The notes under the pieces were generated by a model that was not told the origin of the DNA, did no database searches, and saw only the letters and a program-made list of their open reading frames with translations. Position numbers and translations under genes: made by a program. Source: Candidatus Micrarchaeota archaeon (GTDB lineage Archaea; Micrarchaeota; Micrarchaeia; Norongarragalinales; SBBD01). Taken from it: DNA of 64,000 nucleotides. Shown piece by piece: positions 30,515 through 42,000 of the stretch. The stretch is taken from assembly GCA_016212475.1 (NCBI GenBank), contig JACRGC010000005.1, forward strand, positions 157-64,156. Reading direction: 5' to 3'. Positions within the stretch are counted from its first letter, which is position 1; each line of letters opens with the position of its first letter.

Positions 30515-31458
30515 GCTTTAACACCAATTTCCCTTCCAACAATTGCCTTGAAAACATCATCAAGGGTCCCTTCCTTCACGTAAGAATCCTTGACTGCAAT
30601 ATTTTCATCGGTTATCATTTTATAAACAGTTGAAATTATTTTTGCAACATCGGAATTTACACAGGTTAGTAGGAGCAAACGATCATCTGAAATTGCGGAA
30701 ATCACCCCCTTTACTTTTTTTGCTTTTTCGGCCATTTGCTCTGCATTCGCGCTTAATTGAAGGAAAATTTTAGTATCGCCACCATATTGTTCGATAAGAC
30801 TAGCCGGAGTTCCAATGGCAAGAATTGCTCCCTTGAAAATAATTGCGATGCGATCGCAAAGAAAGGCAGCTTCTTCCAAATAATGCGTAGTTAGAATCAA
30901 GGTTGAACCGTTTTGCTTCATCTTCCTGATTGTTTCCCAAATTGTCGATCTGATCTCCGGATCGAGCCCAACTGTTGGCTCATCCAGAAGGATAATTTTT
31001 GGAGAATGGATTGTTGATAGGGCAAAATTCAAAAGCCGCTTGTAGCCTCCGGATAAATCAGCAACCCTTACATCGGTTTTCTTTGATAAAAGATAGTTTT
31101 GAATTTGCCGATCAAAAATTTCATCATGTTTTTGGCCGCCAAAATCGTATAGGCTGATCATGAGTTCGAGATTTTCAGCTACGGTAAAATCGAAGGCGAA
31201 GGAATATTCCTGTGGAACAACTCCGATAATTTTTCGAATTTCATAGGCAGATAGCAATTGGCGGTTAAAAAGCTTGAAATTGCCAGCAGTTGGCTTGATT
31301 TGGCCCGAAATCACCTTCATTACGGTGCTTTTTCCAGCTCCGTTTGAACCAAGCAACCCAAAAATCTCGCCTTCCTCGACTTCAAATGAGCAATTTGAAA
31401 CGGCTAAATATGCGCCGTATTTTACGGACACATTATCAAGTGAAATGGCAATTCCCAT
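30511..31458 (-). CDS. ABC transporter ATP-binding protein
   Basis: GSNGAGKST, LSGG, LLDEPT, TTHY. Confidence 0.95.
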   Translation of the reverse strand: MGIAISLDNVSVKYGAYLAVSNCSFEVEEGEIFGLLGSNGAGKSTVMKVISGQIKPTAGNFKLFNRQLLSAYEIRKIIGVVPQEYSFAFDFTVAENLELMISLYDFGGQKHDEIFDRQIQNYLLSKKTDVRVADLSGGYKRLLNFALSTIHSPKIILLDEPTVGLDPEIRSTIWETIRKMKQNGSTLILTTHYLEEAAFLCDRIAIIFKGAILAIGTPASLIEQYGGDTKIFLQLSANAEQMAEKAKKVKGVISAISDDRLLLLTCVNSDVAKIISTVYKMITDENIAVKDSYVKEGTLDDVFKAIVGREIGVKA

Positions 31459-31635
31459 ACGTTCTCGTTTTGATTAATTTTAAGAGCCTTAATAAGTTAT
31501 CTTTAAAAGATAGCATTGGCTGAATTAAACTAAGAAAGAAGGTTTTGCATAGAATAGGCAAATGGGTCTGGGCAGAGGAAAAAGCAACCATATTTGAAAA
31601 CCGTAGGCAAAGTTAATGCAAAAGGGGGGATTCAC

Positions 31636-32028
31636 ATGAAAGAAATAACAGTTGTTGCAAAGGACCGTATCGGCTTGCTTGCGGATGTGAGTGAAACGCT
31701 ATTCAATAACAAGATAAACATCGATTCCCTCTCAGTTGAATCTTCAAATAGGACTGCAATCATACGGCTGATGCTTGAAAACCATGCATTGGCAAAAACC
31801 GTGCTTGAATCCGGAGGGTTTAAGGTTATCGACACGGACGCGCTTGTGATCAAATTGCCGGATCAGCCAGGGGAACTTGCAAAAGTTTCCAGAATCCTAG
31901 CCGACCATAAACTTGCAATTGAATCCGTGTTCATCCTAAACAAAGAGGGAAACCAGACGGTTATTGCAATCAAAGTTGATAATGTTGAGAAGGCAAAAAA
32001 GCTGCTTAAGGAGAAGAAGTATCTTTGA
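31636..32028 (+). CDS. Tandem ACT-domain protein
   Basis: 'KDRIGLLADVS' and 'PDQPGELAKVS'. Confidence 0.9.
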   Translation: MKEITVVAKDRIGLLADVSETLFNNKINIDSLSVESSNRTAIIRLMLENHALAKTVLESGGFKVIDTDALVIKLPDQPGELAKVSRILADHKLAIESVFILNKEGNQTVIAIKVDNVEKAKKLLKEKKYL

Positions 32029-32053
32029 GAAAAAAACTAGTATAAGTTTTTGC

Positions 32054-35000
32054 CTAAGTGCAGTCTGTTTCCGATATTATTACATTGTTCGTATAATCCT
32101 TAAGGATTACCTTGAATTTATCGGCATCTATTATCCAATCATTTTTACAATTGTACCAGCAATAAGAAGGAGGCAATTTGCCATCCCGTTTCAAATAATC
32201 CAAAGAATTTGCATAGCCTTGGATGCGATTTTCGACATAAATTAATTTTTCAAGTATTATTTCTGTTGAGGGTGCGCCATTTTTTGCCAGGGAATTTGTC
32301 GTGATATAATAAGTGGTTTTGGGGGCTATCTGATCGACATTTTCAAATTTCAAATAGAAATCCAATCCTCCGAAAACCGCGCCGGTTTGGATTCTGCATG
32401 CATTTATTTTAAAGATTTTTTTCGGAATTAGGGGGCTGGCATCAGGTTGTTTTATTGGAGTGGCAGTTGCCGCATCTTTTGCCTTTTCCTCATCTAGCAT
32501 GGAACTCGTTTTACCACTTGTTCCGGCAGGCAATTGCTTTACTTCCAAAATAGTTCCGCCATTTTTAACAACCAAATCGAATTTTGCAAGCTTTCTTGCA
32601 ATTTGCTTTAACTTCCCAATCGGCTTTTTATATTCGGTAATTGAAAGCAGCTCAATTGCAAAATTGTGCTTGAATTCGGTGGAAGGAGTATTGCCGGCAT
32701 TGGCAAATGCAACCGCATAGTTTGTCGTCAAGAAAAGCCCGTTTTCATCGAATTCGCACGCATAGTATTTTTCCTTTTCGGATGCATCCTTTCCTGAGAG
32801 GCTAAAGGCCGCATCAAATTGGTCGGAAGAAACCTTGCAGCCGTATTTTTTTGCGAGTTCAGAAGTTTCCTCCGGCGCAACAATTCCCCCGCCCAAGAAT
32901 GGGATTTGCGATTTCAAATCTTGCTTGGGATCAACAAGCGCAATTTCGTACCCATCCTTGAAACTGGCAACTGAAATATCCGCAGAAACGGTCCCTTTCA
33001 TCCCCTTGCAGCTAAACGATGCATCTTCCAGGGGAACTGCCATCTCAAATGCGGTTTTGTCATCTTTTGCAGCTTCCTTGAAGGATTTAGCGCCCTTATC
33101 ATCAGTTGCAAGAACGTAGTTCTTCATTTCCAATTTTCCAAGATCGAGGGTTACTGTGCTGCTTTGATCGCCAAACAATGCAAATCCATCAAAGCCATTT
33201 ACTTTGCACTCCTCCTCCAAATAATCAGAAGTGTGCTTGAATGCCGCCTTGGCATCATCATCGTTATTTGTGATTACGAACTGAAGCGGCTTGCCAGAAA
33301 TAATTGGCTCATTGTCAAATTCGTTTTTGCTTCCCAATTGTAGTTTAAGTGGCAAGAGCGAAACAACATTTGCAGACGAATAATATCGCCTAATGTAAAG
33401 ATTGCCATCCTGCGAGGTAAGGCTTTTCCTGTTAAACAAGGAGGCATCAGCCTTGGCATCAAACGATATTTGCAGGGATGAACCCGATAATTTGCAAAGT
33501 GAATTGAAAGGCGTAATTGCTTTTACAAGGGAGCCGGCATTTGGAATTGCAAATGGGTTGAACGAGGCGTCCTTTGAATTCAATGAAATTTTAAACGCTG
33601 AAAAGAATTCCGGATCCCCATAAACATTGCAAAGCGGCTCGGTTTTTGAATTTTCAGCCTGCGTGAAGGAAATGAATCTTGAATTTGTGAACGGATCAAG
33701 AACTATGTCCACATCATTCAATACCGAATTCTTAAGGGCATTCCCAAATGGCTTTTGAACTGTGCGCCTATCGCCCCTGGCAACAATCCTAACTGGCACG
33801 GTTTGGGATTTTCCGGATTTCATCCTAAATAAGATCGAGCCTTCAATGAAGCCCGAATCGCAGGCAGTTGCGGAATATCTTGGATCAACAGAGTATGACG
33901 ATGGGGGATACAGCAAGGAATTTTGTTGGTAATTAGAATATTGGAATTGGGAAGGGGGATAAATCATCGGTGGCTGCAATGAATTCATTTGCGGATAATC
34001 CAAATAATTCATGTAGCCGTTTTGATATTCAGGAACTGGGTAATATCCATTACCAAACTCATTCAGTCCCGGATAACCCAATGGATTGCTAAACGATGCG
34101 GTTCTTCGGTAGTAAGCTTCGCACGCTGGATTCATGCCAAATATCCTATCAAGCAGCCTATTGTAAATATCATTCCCGGAAAAGTCTGCAAATACGCGGA
34201 TCCGCTGCTCTTCTGCCGAGCAGTATTCCGTAGTGATGCCAAAATCAAGCCCTTGCAAGTTGCAGCCGGTAACCGGCTCGCTGAATGGCGAAAGGGAATA
34301 GATGAATTCTGATTTTCTTGTGTATGGGTCCACTTGGATTACAATTGGATTTGGAATTGGCGCAAGATTCTCATAATAATTGATTGGAGGGATAGCATCC
34401 GGAGAAGGATGATCCGGGGCAGTTACTATAATTGAGTACATTTTCACGAATTGATCCGCAGACCTTAGCATCAGCGTGCCTCGTTTCCTTAAGGAATTGA
34501 AGATTTTTTCGCTGGAATAATCAGCTGAAATATGGATGATGTTTTTTGTGCATTCGACATTCACATTGAAATCTTCAGGAGCTTTGATATCGCAGTAACT
34601 GACATCCCCGGCAACCGGGGAATAAAATGCATCAAAAAGCCCGTTCTCATCCAATTTCACATAAATTGTGGGCGGAATCACTGGAAGCGTTGGATCGCCA
34701 ATTGAAATCACATCCGGCGATTTTACATCAATTCTTATAGGAATTGCCTTGCGAATAAATTGCTTTGGGGTTATTTGCTGCTCAAAAATCAGATTGCAGT
34801 TGGTTTTTGCTGTTGATTTTTCCAAAATTCCAAGTTGGACGCTTGCAGAGGCTTTGAAATTATCAATTGAATTTGGGAATGCATAAACTACAGGGGAATC
34901 CTGATTTTGGCAATTTGAAATTATTGAAAGCATGCCTTTTGTTGGATGGGTCGAAGTTATGGAAACGGTTTTTGCCTCAATTGATGAGGAATCCCCCGCG

Positions 35001-38000
35001 AACTGCAATGAAGAAGGGGAAATTTTGAGCGAATCATCGTTGATATTGACAGCAATTCCACACTGCGAATAGGTTTTGTAATTAGGATGCTCAACCCTAA
35101 CTCCGATTTCTCCGATGCTTGATGGGAAAATTGGTATCGAATATACCCCATCCTTGCCGGCATTTCGTTCATCGCTTCCTTGGGTTTGGGGCTCTTGGAA
35201 ATCAAGGGGCGATTTTTCGCACTCAAATAAGGTAACGGCTGCATCGGTAATTGGAACGCCGTAGGCATCTAGCGCAAGAACCCGGATGTTTTTTTGCTCT
35301 CCGGACAGCAATGAATTTGGCGCGAATGTGACTTTCATTAGGTTTTGCCCGCTGATTTTCACGTTCCGGTGGTAATCGTAAGTGATTTCCTCGGATTTGA
35401 ATTGCAAATGCAAATCGGTGGTTCCTGCCTTTAGCGCCTTCATTTTGATGCTTCCTGAAGTTTTGACATTGGCAGGAATTGACACCTGGAAGGTTTGGTC
35501 TTTTGCAGCTGGAGTTTCATCCGCAAGATTCGACCCGGAATCGGCAGAAAGCAATTGCAAATTGCCATTCAGAAGCGAAATCGAATTGATATCAAGGTTT
35601 GAAAGCGCTTCGAATTTGATTGAAAATTCGGAGCCGAGCGCAATGTCATCTTTGATTGCTGAATCAAAAATTATTTTTTTGCAAAAGCTTGCATCCTGGT
35701 TGCAAATCAGGGGAGCGGATGTGACCTTGATTGATTTGATTGCGTTTTTCTTTTGGCACATTCCCTCGACCAATTCAAAGGGGGCAGTTGATTCGGAAAC
35801 TTTGAACTGCTCATCAGATGGGAAGCTTAAGGCAACATCTGCCTTCTTCGAATATGCCTTGTAATTGAAAACCAATTGCGAATTAGCTTTTGCATTTGCC
35901 GGAACTTTTATTTTCACAGCAATTTCCTTCGAGCCAATTGCGCCTTTTGGGAAAAGAACATCAATTGATGTGATGGATTCGTTCCCAGCATCAAGTGAAT
36001 AGCAATCATCCTGAGTGAATTTTGAAGAGGCAAACAAGGATTGGAATGAAGAATCAACGGATTCAATTGTAACTGCACTGCCATCCTGCGTCAGATGCAA
36101 ATGGAAGCCCGAAACATCGAGGGCAGTTGGAAAAGTTGCAAGGAATTTTGCAGTGTAGGTTTGGGCGTTCCCAAGCTCCTTTACTTCGGTTTTGTCAAAC
36201 ACCCCAAGGAATGATGCGGAAATGCCAGAGCTGTCCTTTTGGGAGATCAAATGGAGGGAAATTTTTGCGGATTCGCCCGGTTCAAAAATTTGGGCTTCAG
36301 AAGAGGTTTGCAAATACCCTTCGGAAACAGCTGCAAAAGAAATTTCGGAATTTGCAGGTATTTTAAGATCGCAAATATTTGCGGTTATGCTGCAGGTTGA
36401 AAGTATTTTCCCATCGGAAGAAATTGCGGAAACCGTCCCTTTTTGAAGGGTTACTTTTGAAATGGCATCAATTAGCGAAACAGAAACTGCTGCTGGCTTT
36501 GGAATCAATTCAAGCTCTATTTCTTCATTGGCATCTGCATAAAATGTTCCGCTAATAGCGCTGCTTTGGTCCAAAAATGCTTTGACCAAAAGCGGCTTTG
36601 TTTCGCCATTGATTTCCCGTGGCAATTTGAAATCTGCAATCCCTTCAAGATCAGTTGTTGCAAGGGGGATCCCAACAAAAAATCCATCGGAATAGTAAAG
36701 ACCTATTTTTGCACCGTACGCCGGTTCTCCATCCTGCGATACCGCAACTTTTAGGTTAACCGAATTTTCCTCCGTTTGCTCGGATAGTTCGACGGTTTGC
36801 AATTGCGTGCCTGAAGAGGCATCAAAAGCATATGGCAAATAACCATCTGAATAAACCGTCAAATGGTATTCCTTTCCAGCTAAAACAAGGAAATTTGCCC
36901 TCCCCTTATCGTTTGTTGAAAGGGCGCTTAATTGGGAAGAGCCATCTAATGAAAAAAGAATAATTTTAGCTCCGGAAATATAGCCGGTTTTTCCAGATAC
37001 TTCAACATCTATGTAATCCCCGCTTGATTTTTCCTCAAGGGTAACAAATGATTCCAATATGTCGCCAGAGGAAGAAAGCTCAAAGACATCAGAAACCGAA
37101 CCCAAATATTTCGAGCTCTCCTTAACTTCGATAAAATATTCAAAGCCCAATTGCACATTTTCAAAAAGCACTTCACCAGTTGAATCGGACCTTCCGTTTT
37201 TGATGGCTGCCATCGTATTTGCATCCTTGAGAACGACCATTATGGATTCCAACTCATCATTTGAATCGGATTGCAAGAAAAGTTTTATTTCGCCGAATTT
37301 TTCCTTAACTTCCTTGTCTTTGTCTTGGTTTTTTTCCTCATCAATGGAATTAAGAGGCAACACAGCGGTGCCTAGGAGAATTTGCGCTCTATTGACGGAT
37401 AATTCGTCTGAAACATAGCTGCTGGCAGATGCCTTGATTGTCAGATGCGTTATTTTCTCATCAAGCTGAAAAACTGCCTCGCCCATGTAATCGGTTGATT
37501 TGTCAAGGTAGGTGCCATCATCAAAAGCAACCCTGACGTTTGCATCAAGGATCGGCGAGCCAATGGAATTTTTTATTAGAACATTGAATAATTGGAGCTT
37601 TGGAGCGGGGGCAGTTTTTAGGATTATTGAAGTTGCATCCAAGGTTATTTCCTCGTTAAAATCAGAATAAACCTTATTTTCATCGGTAATTTTCAAGGAT
37701 AATATTGCGTTTTTTGGGACATCTGAAAAGCTCACTTTGCCATCCTGGTCTGTTTTTGAAGTCCCCTTTGTTGCGCCATCTGCAAACAAATCGACCCTAA
37801 TGGATGGGACCGGGTCTTGATTTTCATTGGTTACCAAAAGCGTTATTTCCTTTGATGATTGGAAAGATGCCGGAAGCAGGAAATAGATGGAGGCAATTAT
37901 TGCAATCAGCAAAATCAAAGGCAGCAGGATCCTTGGCGAAGGAACCCCTTTTTCCTCCAAATTCAGCATCGTTTCCTCGTATTTTTGGGCCAGATTTTCC

Positions 38001-38035
38001 AAAAACGGCGCTTGGCCTTCGGTTGCCTCGGACAT
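32054..38035 (-). CDS. Giant membrane-anchored surface protein (1993 aa) with carboxypeptidase-regulatory/Ig-like repeats
   Basis: N-terminal TM after 'KGVPS'; repeated 'T(D/N)..G.(A/V).F' beta modules. Confidence 0.8.
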   Translation of the reverse strand: MSEATEGQAPFLENLAQKYEETMLNLEEKGVPSPRILLPLILLIAIIASIYFLLPASFQSSKEITLLVTNENQDPVPSIRVDLFADGATKGTSKTDQDGKVSFSDVPKNAILSLKITDENKVYSDFNEEITLDATSIILKTAPAPKLQLFNVLIKNSIGSPILDANVRVAFDDGTYLDKSTDYMGEAVFQLDEKITHLTIKASASSYVSDELSVNRAQILLGTAVLPLNSIDEEKNQDKDKEVKEKFGEIKLFLQSDSNDELESIMVVLKDANTMAAIKNGRSDSTGEVLFENVQLGFEYFIEVKESSKYLGSVSDVFELSSSGDILESFVTLEEKSSGDYIDVEVSGKTGYISGAKIILFSLDGSSQLSALSTNDKGRANFLVLAGKEYHLTVYSDGYLPYAFDASSGTQLQTVELSEQTEENSVNLKVAVSQDGEPAYGAKIGLYYSDGFFVGIPLATTDLEGIADFKLPREINGETKPLLVKAFLDQSSAISGTFYADANEEIELELIPKPAAVSVSLIDAISKVTLQKGTVSAISSDGKILSTCSITANICDLKIPANSEISFAAVSEGYLQTSSEAQIFEPGESAKISLHLISQKDSSGISASFLGVFDKTEVKELGNAQTYTAKFLATFPTALDVSGFHLHLTQDGSAVTIESVDSSFQSLFASSKFTQDDCYSLDAGNESITSIDVLFPKGAIGSKEIAVKIKVPANAKANSQLVFNYKAYSKKADVALSFPSDEQFKVSESTAPFELVEGMCQKKNAIKSIKVTSAPLICNQDASFCKKIIFDSAIKDDIALGSEFSIKFEALSNLDINSISLLNGNLQLLSADSGSNLADETPAAKDQTFQVSIPANVKTSGSIKMKALKAGTTDLHLQFKSEEITYDYHRNVKISGQNLMKVTFAPNSLLSGEQKNIRVLALDAYGVPITDAAVTLFECEKSPLDFQEPQTQGSDERNAGKDGVYSIPIFPSSIGEIGVRVEHPNYKTYSQCGIAVNINDDSLKISPSSLQFAGDSSSIEAKTVSITSTHPTKGMLSIISNCQNQDSPVVYAFPNSIDNFKASASVQLGILEKSTAKTNCNLIFEQQITPKQFIRKAIPIRIDVKSPDVISIGDPTLPVIPPTIYVKLDENGLFDAFYSPVAGDVSYCDIKAPEDFNVNVECTKNIIHISADYSSEKIFNSLRKRGTLMLRSADQFVKMYSIIVTAPDHPSPDAIPPINYYENLAPIPNPIVIQVDPYTRKSEFIYSLSPFSEPVTGCNLQGLDFGITTEYCSAEEQRIRVFADFSGNDIYNRLLDRIFGMNPACEAYYRRTASFSNPLGYPGLNEFGNGYYPVPEYQNGYMNYLDYPQMNSLQPPMIYPPSQFQYSNYQQNSLLYPPSSYSVDPRYSATACDSGFIEGSILFRMKSGKSQTVPVRIVARGDRRTVQKPFGNALKNSVLNDVDIVLDPFTNSRFISFTQAENSKTEPLCNVYGDPEFFSAFKISLNSKDASFNPFAIPNAGSLVKAITPFNSLCKLSGSSLQISFDAKADASLFNRKSLTSQDGNLYIRRYYSSANVVSLLPLKLQLGSKNEFDNEPIISGKPLQFVITNNDDDAKAAFKHTSDYLEEECKVNGFDGFALFGDQSSTVTLDLGKLEMKNYVLATDDKGAKSFKEAAKDDKTAFEMAVPLEDASFSCKGMKGTVSADISVASFKDGYEIALVDPKQDLKSQIPFLGGGIVAPEETSELAKKYGCKVSSDQFDAAFSLSGKDASEKEKYYACEFDENGLFLTTNYAVAFANAGNTPSTEFKHNFAIELLSITEYKKPIGKLKQIARKLAKFDLVVKNGGTILEVKQLPAGTSGKTSSMLDEEKAKDAATATPIKQPDASPLIPKKIFKINACRIQTGAVFGGLDFYLKFENVDQIAPKTTYYITTNSLAKNGAPSTEIILEKLIYVENRIQGYANSLDYLKRDGKLPPSYCWYNCKNDWIIDADKFKVILKDYTNNVIISETDCT

Positions 38036-38213
38036 ATACGTATTGATGGATATGATCGTTTAAAAATATGTATTTTTGGGAGGAATGTAAAAGGGAAGGA
38101 GGTGAAAATAAAGAGGAGGAGTTTTGCAAACAAAAAGCCAAAAAAATCAAGCCTTCAAAGTTTTTGACCGCAACTATCAATTAAAAAAGCTTAAACTAAA
38201 CAAAACTAATTAT

Positions 38214-38322
38214 AGCCCCGTCGTCTAGCGGTCAATCTTTTCCTTCCAATTAAAGGAAGGCTTAGGACTTTGGATACTGGACTCTGAATCCGGTGACGGC
38301 AGTTCGAATCTGCCCGGGGCTA
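38214..38322 (+). tRNA. tRNA-Gln(CUG) with 36-nt intron at about 21/22 (38236-38271); no encoded CCA
   Basis: AGCCCCG/CGGGGCT acceptor; CTGGA-CTCTGAA-TCCGG; GGCAG-TTCGAAT-CTGCC; helix GGUC/GACU with bulges AA^U and UU^G. Confidence 0.92.
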
Positions 38323-38435
38323 TTTTAATTTTCAACTCGGAATAGCGGATAGTTTTCTTTTGTCAAAATCACCAAAGAAATTTTTGTTTTTGGCAAATGC
38401 TTAATTTTTTTAACCCAAACCTTATACCAAGTAAC

Positions 38436-38972
38436 ATGAAACTTGGATTCTTAGATAGCATATTCAATTACGCGGATGTTTACGAAACAGCTGTTGCCGT
38501 GCTGGATCAAAAAATACCTTCCGTTAACCTTGAGAGATTGACAGTTCCGCATCTTCTGAAAATCCCCCTATATTCCAAAATGCTCTTCCAAAAGGGCTGC
38601 GATTGCGTAATTGTTTTCCTAACAATGCTGCCGGAAGATGCCGCCGAACTTGATTTGGTGCATGAAAAGATTATCGATTTGGAAATTGCGGAAGGGAAAC
38701 CCGTATTCTTTTGCATAATTTCAAGCGAGGAATTCAAGGAGCAAAAGGATTTGGAGGCTGCAATGGAAGCAAAGCTTGGGATGATTGCAGAAGCCGCTTC
38801 AAAAATAGTTTCTTCCCCTGCATCTCTTTCTTCAGATATTGCAAATTCATACATGACTAATGCGATGACCATGTTTAGCACAATGTCGGATGCGGCAAAT
38901 TCGGAAAGCGAGCCGGAAATTGCGGATGATTTGGGGATTGATGGCGGGGATGGCGGAAAGAGCTTGTTTTAA
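38436..38972 (+). CDS. Degenerate archaeal riboflavin synthase (RibC)/lumazine-synthase-fold protein
   Basis: 'MKLGFLDSIF..AD', 'RLTVP....P....L...GCD.VI' follow the RibC pattern with many substitutions; acidic tail. Confidence 0.65.
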   Translation: MKLGFLDSIFNYADVYETAVAVLDQKIPSVNLERLTVPHLLKIPLYSKMLFQKGCDCVIVFLTMLPEDAAELDLVHEKIIDLEIAEGKPVFFCIISSEEFKEQKDLEAAMEAKLGMIAEAASKIVSSPASLSSDIANSYMTNAMTMFSTMSDAANSESEPEIADDLGIDGGDGGKSLF

Positions 38973-39013
38973 TTGGGATTGAACAGGCATTTGCCCCGAT
39001 TTGTTTTCCAAGC

Positions 39014-42000
39014 TTAAGGTGAAAACACGTCCGGGTATTTTGCTATTTTGTAGGGGGTAATCTTGCCGCTCGTCCATCGGGAATAGGCAAGTGAAAATAG
39101 ATTTTTCCAAAGAAATGAGTTTCTTGTCCAAGTGCCTTTTATGTAATAATACGTGCTTGCCTGCAGCAAATTCGAATATTGGGTTGCATCCGGCTGGTAA
39201 AATCCGCCGGTTCCGGATTTTGCCTTATCTGCTGTCTCAAAATAATTTAGGTTGAACAAAAGATCGGGAACTATTGGCCATTCAAAGGTTAAGCAAGAGG
39301 CAGGGTATTTTGCAGAACTGAACAAGTTGTTTTTGACGTAATCGCCTTTGCTCGATAGGATTTTTGTTGGGTCAAACAGGTTGCAGGCAACTACTGATCC
39401 GCAATAATCCTGGCCGCTTCCTTGCTCATTTGGATAGTTTTCATCAATTGTTAGAGGCTTAAGTTTTGCAAAATAGCCAGAATCAATCGTTCCTGAATAG
39501 AGATCAACCCCGTTTGTTGTTTGTGTTTCCAATAAGAAAACGCCTTGCCTAACAGAGCATTTTTCTTCGGAAAGAACTTCGGATACATCGACCCTATCGC
39601 CAGAAGAGAGGGTAAACGCAGAAGAGGTTAGGATATTGAATACCTGATTTCCATTCAGGGGAACAACAGCTGAAAATTTGAATGGCTTTGTTGCGCTGGA
39701 CTGCACAAAATATTTCAATGGGTCTGAATTTGAAAGGCTCAAAATGCCAGTTGAAATCTTGACCTCAACTAAATTAGAGGTATTTTCCCAATTGAATTCG
39801 TAGCCTAGAACGGAATCCGCCCCATAAGTTCCATCGGGATCGCAATTGCATCTGCTTGGGTCGCCGCAAAAGTCTCCTTGCTTTTGCGATTTTGTTTGGC
39901 AAACATAAGGGCAAACGGCATCAGTTCCGGTATCTTGGCAAGTATTCAAAATTCCATTGCTATCCGTGAAGTTTTCGCCGGCATCAATAAATGCGCAGTA
40001 ATCGCTTCCGCATGTTTTTTGAGGGTCCGGCTGGCACCGAATATCGCAAACATCCACATTGTCATTTTCAGGGGTTGGAACGCCGTATGTGCCCGCATAT
40101 TGGTCATAGCAAAATTCGCATGAAAGTTTTGTTTTTGAGGTCAACTTCTTGACAACCAGCCAAGCATCAGCAGATCCCCTGCAGATTTGCGGATTTGCGG
40201 TTTCTTCTTGCGTTGGCTGGGATTTTGTGCAATAAAGCGTATTTTCAAAGCTTCGTTTGAATGCGGTTTTCATTGCAGTATCTATTGCAAGTTTTTTGAA
40301 TTCGGAAATTATCGCCTTTGCAAAATTGTAATCATAATCCTTCGAATATAACTGGCCGCATTCAAGCGATTTGGATGCGTATTCCTTGTCATATGCGTAT
40401 TGGCAGTTGTTTTCCGCTTTGGCTAGGCATTGGTCGCGATTTTGCGCATATGGGGCAATTGCCGAATTGTAAATGCTGTTTTGGTTTGCAACGCACGAGG
40501 AATTTTGCTGGCTGCATGAATTTAGGCATTGGCTATTTGATTGGGTGCACTGGTTTTTGCAATAGGAATAATCTTGCAGGCAATCTGAAAGGCCATCATC
40601 GTAATCCCTTTGGATATATTCAATATCATTCTCATATGTTGAAATGCAAACATCGGTTTGAGGGGAGGCGCAATTTGATTTTGCAAGGTTTGCGTCAGCT
40701 ACTGCAGCTGATAGGCATTCCTTTTTAGCATCTTCCAATCCCTGCAAGTTGACAGATGATGCAGAATATGCGCTTGAGATGAGCTTTTCAGTAAGGCTTG
40801 CTTGGGATGGATCCTTTGAATTGATTTCAAAAACTTTAGTAGGCACAGCAACTACACTCTGGTTTGTTTTGGGGTAGAATGCAATCGAATTTTTAGAATC
40901 AGAATTCCAGCTAAAGAGCGATGCAGTTTTTGATTTGTCAAGTATCAATGCCTTGGTTGGTTCCATTACAAAGTAGGTCGATTGTGGCACGTAAGTTGCA
41001 GCGTAATAAGTGTCGGGCTGATTCATGGTTGAGGCAAGAAACCGGTTATTTAGCGAATACACAAGCCTTATTGGCGAGTATGATTCATCATTGAACTTGT
41101 AGTAGGATTTTGGAATTGAATCGAAGGATTTGTAATTGATGACTGAAAAATCAAGAGCCTTGACGTTGCTTGATAAAGTGTAGTTGGTGATTGATATGTT
41201 GATTGTTTTGCTTTGGGAATTTCCTGAATTGAGCAAGGTAATATTCATTACAAATTCAGCTGAAGGAATCGAATTCCCAATCGGGGCAAGCGGGCAATTT
41301 GCGGATTTGATTGGCCAATATCTTATTGCCTTCCCGCCATTAGAATCCGAAGTATCAAAACAGGAATCATACAAATTGGGATTTGCTAAAGTTCCAAAAT
41401 GAAACTGGTAAAGATTTTCTGGCGCAATCAGCGGAATTGCATCCTGCGGGAAGATGCTATCGACCTGGAAGACTATTTTATCACAGGAGGTTTCAATTAC
41501 TGGACGGGTGGTTCCGTTGTAAATTACGGTTTTGATTTCAAGCGAGTTGCAGCTAAAAAGGTTTGGAAGCTTAGTTGGGGGGGCAATTGTCCCAACCTGA
41601 ACAGTTAGATATGGGCGAACACTAATTGGCGGAATTGAAGAGGCATGGGAGTAAGAAGCCGATACTACCACTTTTCCGGATGGATCGGATGGAATTGCAA
41701 TTATTTCTCCCCTAAGCCAAGAAGCATCCGGAATTTGAATTGTTATTATATTTGAATTTGCACTAAGCAAAGTTCTTCTGTTGGCAGATTGCACATATAG
41801 GCTTTCTGGAACAATTGAAAGAATGTTTGAAATGTTGATTGTGAGCGTGCCAGGGTATTTCCTTGCAACTTCGTTGATTGCATATTTGATTTTGAGCTTT
41901 CCATCCTTGCAATCCGATCCGCAGCTCTTGATCGATTTGGCAATAAAACCATTCCCGCTTTTTACTGTGTCGCAAAGAAGGGATGTTCCGGAAACGCAAT

